A stretch of 64,000 nucleotides of DNA. It comes from an uncultured Alphaproteobacteria bacterium (GTDB taxonomy: Bacteria; Pseudomonadota; Alphaproteobacteria; Rhizobiales; Xanthobacteraceae). The notes beneath the pieces were generated by a model. That model saw only the letters and a program-made list of their open reading frames with translations, did not search any database and had not been told where the DNA came from. Positions 55,634 to 64,000 of this stretch are shown piece after piece. Made by a program: the position numbers and the translations under genes. Location: the NCBI GenBank assembly GCA_963711595.1, contig CAVQER010000007.1, forward strand, positions 195,992-259,991. The letters run 5' to 3'. Numbering within the stretch: the first letter of the stretch is position 1; each line of letters opens with the position of its first letter.

Positions 55634-56842
55634 TCAGTCCGTAATTGCCATCGCACGCAGCGCGAGACGCTCGCGGGCGGAAAGTTTTTGCGTCTCTGAC
55701 TTGAGCTGACCGCAAGCGGCGAGAATGTCGCGGCCGCGCGGCTTGCGGACGGGACTTGCGTAACCCGCAGTGAAAACGATCTCGGAAAACGCCTCGATCG
55801 TTTCCCAATCCGAGCATTCGTAGCGGGTGCCGGGCCAGGGATTGAACGGGATCAGATTGATCTTGGCAGGCAAACCCTTCAGCAGCCGCACGAGAGCTTT
55901 TGCGTCTTCCGGCTTATCGTTCACGCCTTTCAGCATGACGTACTCGAACGTGATCCGCCTTGAGTTCGACGCGCCGGGATAAGCGCGGCAAGCCGCAAGC
56001 AGATCCTTGATCGGGTATTTCTTGTTGAGCGGCACGAGTTCATTGCGCAAATCGTCGCTCGTAGCATGCAGCGAAATCGCGAGCATGGTGCCGACCTCGG
56101 CGCCGAGACGTTCGATCTCCGGCACGACACCCGATGTGGAGACGGTGATGCGGCGCTTGCTGATCGAGAGGCCTTCGCCGTCGGTGATGGTTTCGACGGC
56201 CTGCTTCACGCCGTCGAAATTGTAAAGCGGTTCGCCCATGCCCATGAAGACGATGTTGGTGACGAGGCGAGGCGCGTCAGCTTCGGGGGCGGTGCCTTCG
56301 GCACGTTCGGCGCCCGGCCACTCGCCAAGCCGGTCGCGCGCGATCATCAATTGCGCGACGATCTCCGCTGCCGAGAGATTGCGCACGAGACGCTGCGTCC
56401 CCGTATGACAGAACGTGCAAGACAGGGTGCAGCCGACTTGCGAGGAGACGCAGAGCGTGCCGCGGTCGCTTTCGGGAATGTAGACCGTTTCGATTTCGTG
56501 CGGTTTTTCGCCGGGATTGTCGGCCGGTAAGCGGATCAGCCATTTGCGCGTGCCATCGGTCGAAGCCTGTTCGACAACGACCTCCGGCCGCGCGAGAGAA
56601 AAATGTCCGTCGAGTTTCCCACGCAGTTGCTTCGAGACGCTCGACATCTGCTCGAAGCCCGTCGCGCCGCGGAAGTAGATCCAATGCCAGATCTGCGAAA
56701 CACGCATGCGGCTTTCGCGCTCGGGCACGCCGATTTCGGCAAGCGCCGAAGCGATGCCTGCGCGGCTGCGGCCGATGAGTGAAGGCTTCACCGGGACGCG
56801 CGCTGGCGCGGCTTCCATCGCAAGATCAAGCGGGGCGGTCAT
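55634..56842 (-). CDS. rlmN: Dual-specificity RNA methyltransferase RlmN (radical SAM)
   Basis: 402 aa. [11 protein letters not shown] radical-SAM cluster motif. MGMGEPL and the C-terminal catalytic Cys region (ILAACGQL). Confidence 0.93.
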   Translation of the reverse strand: MTAPLDLAMEAAPARVPVKPSLIGRSRAGIASALAEIGVPERESRMRVSQIWHWIYFRGATGFEQMSSVSKQLRGKLDGHFSLARPEVVVEQASTDGTRKWLIRLPADNPGEKPHEIETVYIPESDRGTLCVSSQVGCTLSCTFCHTGTQRLVRNLSAAEIVAQLMIARDRLGEWPGAERAEGTAPEADAPRLVTNIVFMGMGEPLYNFDGVKQAVETITDGEGLSISKRRITVSTSGVVPEIERLGAEVGTMLAISLHATSDDLRNELVPLNKKYPIKDLLAACRAYPGASNSRRITFEYVMLKGVNDKPEDAKALVRLLKGLPAKINLIPFNPWPGTRYECSDWETIEAFSEIVFTAGYASPVRKPRGRDILAACGQLKSETQKLSARERLALRAMAITD

Positions 56843-56903
56843 TGCGGCTATAGATCGTGCCGGACGGCGCTCCGGTCAACCGTGTCGCCGTAATTGGCTT
56901 AAT

Positions 56904-57425
56904 TTAGCGGCATTCCTGCGCGACGCGATCAAGCGCCTGGGCGATACCCGAAAGCGAGTAGCGGTCGGTTGTCTGATTGCCTCGAGCGGAGGTGCTCTTC
57001 ATCGAAAGATCCTTGCCCTTGCGCAAGGAATCGATCAGTCGCGCTTCTTCAGCGATGTTGCGAATCCACGCGCCGTTTTGCCGCGCGTAGAGCGCGAACG
57101 TGTCGTTCCCGATCGTAACCGAGGGGTCTGCGTCCTCTTTCATCTGGAAGCCGACCAACACGCTGAACTCATTCCGCACATTGTCGGCCGGGCGGGTGCT
57201 GATGAAGAGATAGCCCGGGTCGCGATTGAGAGTGGCGGGCAGACGCTCCTTCGGCTGGGTTAGAGCAAAGCAGACCTTGGCCTTCTGGCCTTGGCTCACA
57301 TAGACACCCCAGTCGCCGTATTGGCCGATAAGGGTCGGATTCGCGCCTTGGCCGAATACCGCACTTGAGAGCGCGGCAAAGATCGCCGCCCCGGCAAGTG
57401 CGGCGAATTTCGAGCGCTTGGTCAT
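56904..57425 (-). CDS. Invasion-associated locus B (IalB) family periplasmic protein
   Basis: ORF 56904..57587; ATG at 57425 gives a signal peptide (MTKRSKFAALAGAAIFAALSSAVFGQ). GQYGDWGVY...CFALTQP is typical of IalB. Confidence 0.7.
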   Translation of the reverse strand: MTKRSKFAALAGAAIFAALSSAVFGQGANPTLIGQYGDWGVYVSQGQKAKVCFALTQPKERLPATLNRDPGYLFISTRPADNVRNEFSVLVGFQMKEDADPSVTIGNDTFALYARQNGAWIRNIAEEARLIDSLRKGKDLSMKSTSARGNQTTDRYSLSGIAQALDRVAQECR

Positions 57426-57560
57426 TCCTGGCCTCCCCGCATACTTGCGGCGTCGCATGCCGTCGTCCCGATGCCCCCGACGGGCGCCCAACTCATGGAC
57501 GCAAACGAAAAAATGGCGCAAAGACGCCTGAACTGCAAATACTGATGGTGGGGTGATCGC

Positions 57561-58535
57561 GTGAAAGCCGTTCTGTGCGTACGCCATGGGCCTCCGGAGG
57601 CACTTGAGCTAGCCGACGTTCCCGAACCGAAACCCGGCAAGGGCGAGGCCCTCGTCGAGGTGAAGGCGGCCGGGCTCAATTTCTTCGATCTCCTCATCAT
57701 ATCCAACCGCTACCAGGTCAAACCGGATTTGCCGTTCTCGCCGGCCGCCGAGTTCGCCGGCGTGGTCAAGGCAGTCGGCGAAGGGGTGCGTGAAGTCGCC
57801 GTCGGCGATCGTGTTTGCGGGTTTATCGGCTACGGGGCGGCGCGCGAACAAGTGGTCGCGCCGGTCCGCTCGCTCGTGCGCATGCCCGATAGTCTGAGCT
57901 TCGAGACCGCCGCCGGCCTGATCATCACCTACAGCACGGGCATCCATGCGCTCGAGGATCGCGCCAAGCTCAAGGCGGGCGAGACGCTTGCCGTGCTTGG
58001 TGCGGCAGGAGGCGTCGGCATCGCCGCAGTCGAACTCGGCAAGGCGCTTGGCGCACGCGTGATCGCCTGCGCCTCTTCGGCTGACAAGCTCGCGTTCGCG
58101 CGGCAGCGCGGGGCGGATGAAGGTATCGATTACTCCAATGAGGACTTGAAGGAGCGGTTGCGCGAGCTGACGGACGGGCGCGGGGCGGACGTCGTGTTCG
58201 ATCCCGTCGGCGGCGCGCTCGCCGAACCTGCCGTCCGCAGCACCGCCTGGGAGGGGCGCTATCTCGTGGTTGGCTTCGCGGCGGGCGAAATTCCCAAGAT
58301 CGCGCTCAACCATGTGCTTCTGCGCGGATGCTCCGTTGTGGGGGTTGTTTGGGGAATGCTCGCGCGGCACGACCCCGCGCGTATGCGCGAGATCGCGGAG
58401 CAGGCGGTGAAGTGGGCAGGGGAGAAGAAGATTTCCGCCCACGTCGACAAAGTCTATCCGCTCGCGAAGGCTGCCGAGGCGCTTGGCGCGATCGCGCGCC
58501 GCGAGGTCAAGGGAAAGATCGTCCTGAAGCCTTAG
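57561..58535 (+). CDS. NADPH:quinone oxidoreductase / MDR-family zinc-type alcohol dehydrogenase-like protein
   Basis: 324 aa with a GTG start. GETLAVLGAAGGVGIAAVELGK cofactor-binding motif. Confidence 0.82.
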   Translation: MKAVLCVRHGPPEALELADVPEPKPGKGEALVEVKAAGLNFFDLLIISNRYQVKPDLPFSPAAEFAGVVKAVGEGVREVAVGDRVCGFIGYGAAREQVVAPVRSLVRMPDSLSFETAAGLIITYSTGIHALEDRAKLKAGETLAVLGAAGGVGIAAVELGKALGARVIACASSADKLAFARQRGADEGIDYSNEDLKERLRELTDGRGADVVFDPVGGALAEPAVRSTAWEGRYLVVGFAAGEIPKIALNHVLLRGCSVVGVVWGMLARHDPARMREIAEQAVKWAGEKKISAHVDKVYPLAKAAEALGAIARREVKGKIVLKP

Positions 58536-58897
58536 CTGCTCTGCCCCTCGAGATTCTGGAGGGCGCAGCGTGCGGCCTCGCGATGCTCCGGGAGCACGTA
58601 TGCGGCAACCAGCTGAAGTGTCGCGGCGAGCACGGCCGCGTCGTCGGTGAAACCGAGCGCGGGAAGCAGATCCGGCATCGCGTCCGTTGGTGTCACGAAG
58701 TAGACGAGGGCGCCGAGAATTGAGGCGCGCACGCGGAGCGGTGTCGCCCGATCGAGCGAGCAGTAGTAGACGGAGAGCGCATCCTCCGCGAAGGGCACGC
58801 GGGTCGCGAAGCGACCCAGCTTGCGTAAAACGTCGTGCCCGACGCGGCGCGCGTCGGCGGCGCGTGAGGAGAAGGTGCCCTGTGTCGCTGTGCTCAT
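58532..58897 (-). CDS. DUF1232 (YkvA-like) membrane protein
   Basis: 121 aa. LGALVYFVTPTDAMPDLLPALGFTDDAAVL is the DUF1232 signature. Confidence 0.7.
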   Translation of the reverse strand: MSTATQGTFSSRAADARRVGHDVLRKLGRFATRVPFAEDALSVYYCSLDRATPLRVRASILGALVYFVTPTDAMPDLLPALGFTDDAAVLAATLQLVAAYVLPEHREAARCALQNLEGQSS

Positions 58898-58960
58898 CGG
58901 TTCCTCGCTCGACTACCTAGCGGGCCACAAATGGCCATTTGAGGGCGCCGCCGCAAGCCT

Positions 58961-59254
58961 CTAGCCGCCGGCAAGCCGGTTCATGGCCTCGGCGAGCTTG
59001 ACGTCCAGCTGAGTGACGCCGCCTGCGTCATGCGTGGAAAGAGTGACCTCCACGGTCTTGTAGACGTTGAGCCACTCCGGATGATGATCGAGCTTCTCGG
59101 CGATCAATGCCGCCCGCGTCATGAAGCCGAAGGCCTCGTTGAAATTCTTGAATACGAACTTTCGGGTGATCGCGTCACGGCCTGGAACCTCGCTCCAGCC
59201 ATCGAGCTTGCCGAGCGCCTGCTTGCGCGCATCGCCTGCCAATTTCTGCCGCAT
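58961..59254 (-). CDS. phhB: 4a-hydroxytetrahydrobiopterin (pterin-4-alpha-carbinolamine) dehydratase
   Basis: ORF 58961..59308; ATG at 59254. [27 protein letters not shown] is the PCD signature. Confidence 0.85.
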   Translation of the reverse strand: MRQKLAGDARKQALGKLDGWSEVPGRDAITRKFVFKNFNEAFGFMTRAALIAEKLDHHPEWLNVYKTVEVTLSTHDAGGVTQLDVKLAEAMNRLAGG

Positions 59255-59273
59255 CGGATTTTTTCTCCAGTGC

Positions 59274-59810
59274 TTAATCGTCGAGCGGGTAGGCGGCTTC
59301 GACGACATAGGGGCCGCCGCCGGTCAAGGCCCGCGATGAGAATAGGACGAAGCGGCTCACGGGAAACGATGGACTACGGAACGGTGCTCGGCTCGCCAAG
59401 TATTGGGCGACCTGGTGTGCCGAGGAGTCACGCAGTCGCGCGAGCGTGACATGCGGGGCGTACTTGCGCTGTTCGGGCGGCAAACCGATCCGTTGCAGCA
59501 GGCGTTCGTGCTCCGCCTGCAGGTCGAGGAGCGAAGGTGTCGGAGTTGCGCCTGCGAACACGGCACGAGGCTTCCTTCCCCCGAACTGATCGAGGCGATC
59601 AAGCGCGATCTGAAACGCCGCACGTCGCACGTCGGCCAGCATCTGCATCACGTCGCGACCTACGTGGCCATCGACATCGCCTATGAAACGCAGCGTAAGG
59701 TGATAGTTCTCCGGATCGACCCAGCGGGCGCCCGGGAGCCCGCCGCGCAGCATGGAAAGGCCCTGCCCGATCTGTGCGGGAATTTCGATGCCGGTGAAAA
59801 GGCGCGGCAA
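59274..59810 (-). CDS. thpR: RNA 2',3'-cyclic phosphodiesterase (2H phosphoesterase, ThpR/LigT)
   Basis: 178 aa with two HxT/S motifs (HLTLRF and HVTLAR). Confidence 0.85.
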   Translation of the reverse strand: MPRLFTGIEIPAQIGQGLSMLRGGLPGARWVDPENYHLTLRFIGDVDGHVGRDVMQMLADVRRAAFQIALDRLDQFGGRKPRAVFAGATPTPSLLDLQAEHERLLQRIGLPPEQRKYAPHVTLARLRDSSAHQVAQYLASRAPFRSPSFPVSRFVLFSSRALTGGGPYVVEAAYPLDD

Positions 59811-59815
59811 GGGAG

Positions 59816-60523
59816 CTAGCCCTTCTGCTTCGCGCGCACGCGTGCGATCAATTGCTCCACGGCAGGCAAGATGCGCGTCACGATGACATCGATGCCCGCA
59901 GCCGTTGGATGCACGCCATCGCGTTGGTTGAACTTGGCCTCGGTCGCTACGCCGTCAAGGAAGAATGGGTACAGCGGCACATCGTGCGCCTTGGCGAGGT
60001 CGGGGTAGATGCGGTCGAACGCCGCGACATAGTCCGCGCCGAGGTTGCGCGGCGCGTGCATGCCGGCGAGCAACACTTCGATTCGCCGCTCCTTGAGGCG
60101 GCGGATGATCGCATCCAATGACTTTCGCGTGACGGCGGGATCGAGCGCGCGTAACGCGTCATTCGCGCCGAGTTCAACGATCGCAGCGTCGACGCCGTTC
60201 GGTATCGACCAGTCGACGCGTGCAAGCCCGGCACTCGCCGTATCGCCGGACACCCCGGCATTGGCAATGTGTACGTCGTGGCCCTTCGCTTTGAGTGCCG
60301 CCTCAAGCTTGGCCGGGAAAGCGTCCGTGTCGGACAGGCCGTAACCCGCCATCAGGCTGTCACCAAAGGCGACGATGCGGACGGGTTCGGCGGCGAGCGA
60401 GAACGAGCCAAATTGAACGCACAAGGAAGTTAGCAATGCTAGGAGTGCGGCGCGTCGCGACCACGCCGCAATTGTGACGGAGCCCCTAGGATCGTCGCTC
60501 CATTTGTTATGGACTGTACGCAT
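59816..60523 (-). CDS. SGNH/GDSL arylesterase/lysophospholipase (TesA-like), secreted
   Basis: 235 aa. Signal peptide. Block I (VAFGDSLMAGYG), GANDAL, and block V (DGVHP). Confidence 0.85.
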   Translation of the reverse strand: MRTVHNKWSDDPRGSVTIAAWSRRAALLALLTSLCVQFGSFSLAAEPVRIVAFGDSLMAGYGLSDTDAFPAKLEAALKAKGHDVHIANAGVSGDTASAGLARVDWSIPNGVDAAIVELGANDALRALDPAVTRKSLDAIIRRLKERRIEVLLAGMHAPRNLGADYVAAFDRIYPDLAKAHDVPLYPFFLDGVATEAKFNQRDGVHPTAAGIDVIVTRILPAVEQLIARVRAKQKG

Positions 60524-61256
60524 GGACCAATCCTCGCCAACACGCCGCCTCGATCAACCCGCCGTCCGCATCGAAGGCGTCGATCTTTCGTTGGGTTCGG
60601 GTGCCGCCCGCGTACATATCCTCAAGCAGGTGTCGCTTCAAATCGCGCGCGGCGAGGCGGCCGGACTGGTCGGACCGTCTGGCTCGGGCAAGTCCACGCT
60701 GCTGATGGTAATGGCCGGGCTCGAACGGCCGAACGAGGGACGGGTCGTGGTCGCCGGCGAGGATCTCGTGCGACTCGATGAAGACGGACTTGCACGCTTC
60801 CGCGGCCGCTCGGTTGGAATCGTGTTCCAGTCGTTCCACTTGATTCCGACGATGACGGCACTCGAGAACGTGGCTGTGCCGCTCGAACTCGCCGGCCGCG
60901 AGGATGCGATCGACCGCGCGGCTGCGGAACTGACGAGTGTCGGACTCGGCGAACGGCTTGGCCACTATCCCGCGCAGTTGTCGGGCGGCGAGCAGCAACG
61001 CGTCGCGCTTGCGCGTGCGCTCGCCCCAGATCCCGCACTCGTGCTGGCGGACGAGCCGACCGGCAATCTGGACGAGGCGACCGGTAAGGAGATTATGGAC
61101 TTGCTGTTCGCCATGCGGGCCGAGCGCGGGTCGACCCTCGTGATCGTCACGCATGATCCGGCGCTCACGCGAAGGTGCGATCGCGTCATCACTATGCATT
61201 CAGGTGTTGTCGAGGAAACTCCGGCACGGGCCGACGCGAAGGCGAGCCGGGCATGA
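60522..61256 (+). CDS. ABC transporter ATP-binding protein (YbbA/LolD-like)
   Basis: ORF 60474..61256; ATG at 60522. Walker A GPSGSGKST, signature LSGGEQQRVALARAL, Walker B LVLADEPTGNLD. Confidence 0.88.
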   Translation: MDQSSPTRRLDQPAVRIEGVDLSLGSGAARVHILKQVSLQIARGEAAGLVGPSGSGKSTLLMVMAGLERPNEGRVVVAGEDLVRLDEDGLARFRGRSVGIVFQSFHLIPTMTALENVAVPLELAGREDAIDRAAAELTSVGLGERLGHYPAQLSGGEQQRVALARALAPDPALVLADEPTGNLDEATGKEIMDLLFAMRAERGSTLVIVTHDPALTRRCDRVITMHSGVVEETPARADAKASRA

Positions 61257-63824
61257 GCGCGTTCGTCCCTTCACGTTCCACCTTCTGGTGGCGGCTTCTC
61301 ACCGTGTTGCGGCTGGCCGTACGCGACTTGCGTGGCGGCCTGCGCGGCTTTGGGGTCTTTCTTTCTTGCCTTGCGCTCGGTGTTGCCGCGATCGCAGGCG
61401 TGGGCTCGCTCGCGCGCTCCCTGTCGGACGGCCTTGCGCGCGAAGGTTCGGTGATTCTGGGAGGCGACGTCGCATTCTCTCTCGCCTTGCGCGAGGCGAC
61501 ACCAACGGAACGAGCGTTCTTCGACGAACGCGGGCAGGTATCGCGGATCGCAACGATGCGGGCGATGGCGCGGGCCGAAGACGGCGAGGCGGCACTGGTC
61601 GAGATCAAAGCCGTGGACGGACGTTATCCATTGGCAGGCGAGGCGACGGTCGAACCCAAGAAGAGCCTCGCGACGGCGTTCGTGCCCGATGACGGCGCTC
61701 ACGGGGCGGTGGCGGACGAGGCGCTGCTCATCCGGCTCGGAATTTCCACCGGCGACACGATCCGAGTCGGCGATGCCCGCTTGCGAATTTCGGGCGTGCT
61801 CACGAAGGAGCCGGACAAGCTCGCGCTCGGCATGGGGCTCGCACCGCGATTGTTGCTTTCGCAGGCGGGCTTGCAGGCGACCGGGTTGCTGCAGCCGGGC
61901 AGCGTCGTACGCTGGACCTATCGCGTGCGATTGGCCGATCCTTCGGACGTATCTCTTGCCAACCTCGCGGGCGAGGCGCGGTCCCGTTTCCCGGATGCCG
62001 GATGGGAGATGCGTACCCGTGGCGGCGCCGCGCCGCGTCTTGAAGACAATGTCCGCCGTTTCGCGGAATTTCTCACGCTTGTTGGACTGACAGCGCTCCT
62101 CGTCGGCGGCGTCGGCGTCGCAAATGCGGTGAAGCATTATCTCGATCGCAAACGCGGCGCGATGGCGACATTGAAAGCGGTGGGAGCATCGGGTGGTACC
62201 GTCTTCGCGGTTTATCTCGTCGAGATCGGGCTGATCGCCCTCGTGGGCATCGCGATCGGGCTTCTGGTCGGCCTTGCGCTGCCCTACGTCGTGGCCTGGG
62301 GGTTTCAGGCAGTCATCCCCATTCCACTCGTCCCGGCGCTCCATCCGCGCGCGCTACTGCTCGCGCTCGCCTACGGATTGCTCGTCGTGCTTGTGTTCGC
62401 GATGTGGCCCCTCGGCCGCGCCCACGACGTGCCGGTGTCCGCGCTGTTCCGAGACGCAATCGAACCGGACCGCCGGTTGCCGCGGCGGCGGTACATCGCG
62501 CTCGCGGCAGTCGCCGCGCTGATGCTCGTGGCGCTGACAATCCTCAGCGCCGAGGTGCAGCGCGTCGCGATTATCTACGCGGTATCGGCCGCAGCGGTTT
62601 TCGTCGTGTTGCGACTACTTGCTTCTGGGCTGATGGCGCTCGCGCGGCGGCTGCCGCGACCGCGCTCGATTCCTCTAAAGCTCGCGATCGCAAACATACA
62701 CCGGCCGGGCGCGCTGACGCCCACGGTCGTTATTTCGCTGGGCTTGGGGCTGTCCCTGCTTGTCACGCTTGCGCTGATCGAAAGCAACCTGCGCAATCAA
62801 CTCACGGCGACGCTTCCCGAGCGGGCACCGAGCTTCTTCTTCATTGATATCCCGTCGGCCGAACTCGGAGAGGTTCTCGAAATTCGTGCTGGGTCAGGCG
62901 GCCAATGCCCGTCTCGACGAAGTACCGATGCTGCGTGGGCGCATCGTGCGGCTGAAAGACCTGCCGGTGGAGAAGGTGACGCCGGATCCGGACGCTGCTT
63001 GGGTGCTTCAGTCAGATCGCGGGATTACATTCGCGGCCCAGGTCCCGCTCGGGTCGAAAGTGGTCGCTGGATCATGGTGGCCTGTGGACTACGACGGGCC
63101 GCCGCTCGTCTCCTTCGACAAGCGGCTCGCGGACGGGCTCGGGCTCAAGCTCGGCGACCCAATCTCGGTCAGCGTGCTCGGCCGCACGATCGAAGCGAAA
63201 ATCGCGAACCTGCGCACCGTTGAATGGGAGAGTCTCGGCATCAACTTCGTGATGCTGTTCTCGCCCAATACTTTCCGCGGCGCGCCGCACTCCTTGATCG
63301 CGACGCTAACCTTCGCGGACGGCGTTACGGCGCAAACCGAACTCAAGCTGCTGAAGGAGATCGCCGCTGCCTTTCCGGCCGTCACGACCGTGCGTGTCAA
63401 AGAAGCGCTCGACGCGATCAATGCGATCGTGTCGGATCTCACGCTCGCTATTCGCGGCGCAAGCATGATCACGTTGGTGGCAAGCGTGCTCGTGCTTGCG
63501 GGCGCACTCGCGGCCGGTCATCACGGTCGGGTCTACGATGCAGTCATTCTGAAAACGCTCGGCGCGACCCGTGGCAGGCTCGTGCTCGCGTATGGGCTCG
63601 AATACGTGATCCTTGGTGTCGCGACCGCGCTCGTTGCGACTGTGGCCGGAAGCCTTGCGGCCGCGTACGTCGTCGAGGAGGTCATGCGATTTCGCTTCAG
63701 TTTTGCCACCTCGGCGGCGGCACTGGCGGTTGGGGTCGCAGTCGTTCTGACGGTCGCATTCGGCCTTATTGGTACCTGGCGCGCCCTTGGCGAGAAACCC
63801 GCGCAGATATTGAGAAATCTGTAA
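61253..63824 (+). pseudogene. FtsX-domain ABC transporter permease (YbbP-like, about 856 aa), interrupted by a 1-nt insertion (or sequencing error)
   Basis: N-terminal about 535 aa are in the frame of ORF 61175..63223 (ATG 61253 overlaps the ybbA-like stop); this part ends ...PSFFFIDIPSAELGE. The C-terminal part is in ORF 62844..63824 (FSKFVLGQAANARLDEVPMLRGRIV... plus a second FtsX TM bundle). The frames join if one G at 62872-62873 is skipped. Length 2572 nt = 3n+1. Confidence 0.75.
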
Positions 63825-63978
63825 AATTGAACCTTCCGTGACGGAGGTATTTATCCTCACAGAAGGTTGCAGCGATTTCACTTGCTGCCACAATTCGTGA
63901 TCACCATATTGCTGCGGAACCCCGATACGCATCCTCGGCAGAGGACCCGCGGTCGAAAGGGAGGAGAGAGGTCTCAAG

Positions 63979-64000
63979 ATGTCCGATTACAACCCCAATC
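63979..64000 (+). CDS. Start of an unidentified gene running off the right edge
   Basis: ATG at 63979 (MSDYNPN...) preceded by a purine-rich RBS region (GGGAGGAGAGAGG). Too short to identify. Confidence 0.25.

Overview
This is a high-GC, gene-dense stretch of core chromosome. Gene content and synteny look alphaproteobacterial, Hyphomicrobiales/Rhizobiales-like, possibly Nitrobacteraceae-like; that placement is inference only. I support about 66 protein-coding genes and three tRNAs: Gly-GCC, Thr-CGT and Ala-CGC.

Contents, left to right:
- OmpR-type response regulator, cNMP-binding protein, xthA, lolA-like gene, ftsK
- two tandem glnK-amtB pairs
- tesB, ubiH-family gene, a Trm112 / Lon-N / thioredoxin-TPR cluster
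- a giant NAD-glutamate dehydrogenase
- purH, rsmB, htpX, acs, gpsA, tsaD
- hemC, hemD, a Mic60-like gene, a hemY-like gene
- a five-gene Liv-type ABC importer
- folD, typA, argG, rlmN
- a tesA-like / ybbA-like / ybbP-like module

I found no rRNA, CRISPR array, transposase, integrase, phage gene or recognisable defence or toxin system. I did not find a convincing novel multi-gene system, and I read the window as ordinary housekeeping DNA.

Things worth a second look:
1. Three otherwise intact genes (a ProX/YbaK-like deacylase, acetyl-CoA synthetase and a YbbP-like permease) are each broken by a single extra base that duplicates its neighbour. This is either assembly error or real gene decay.
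2. The two glnK-amtB pairs have separate terminators and share an upstream motif. One AmtB carries an insertion of about 37 residues next to the ammonium recruitment site.
3. A 1054-codon stop-free antisense frame lies inside the gdh gene. Codon usage explains it.
4. Several small palindromes, hairpins and tightly abutting convergent genes.

Many start codons are uncertain because the ORF track extends to the most upstream ATG, GTG or TTG. I trimmed starts where an RBS, signal peptide or neighbouring gene argued for it.
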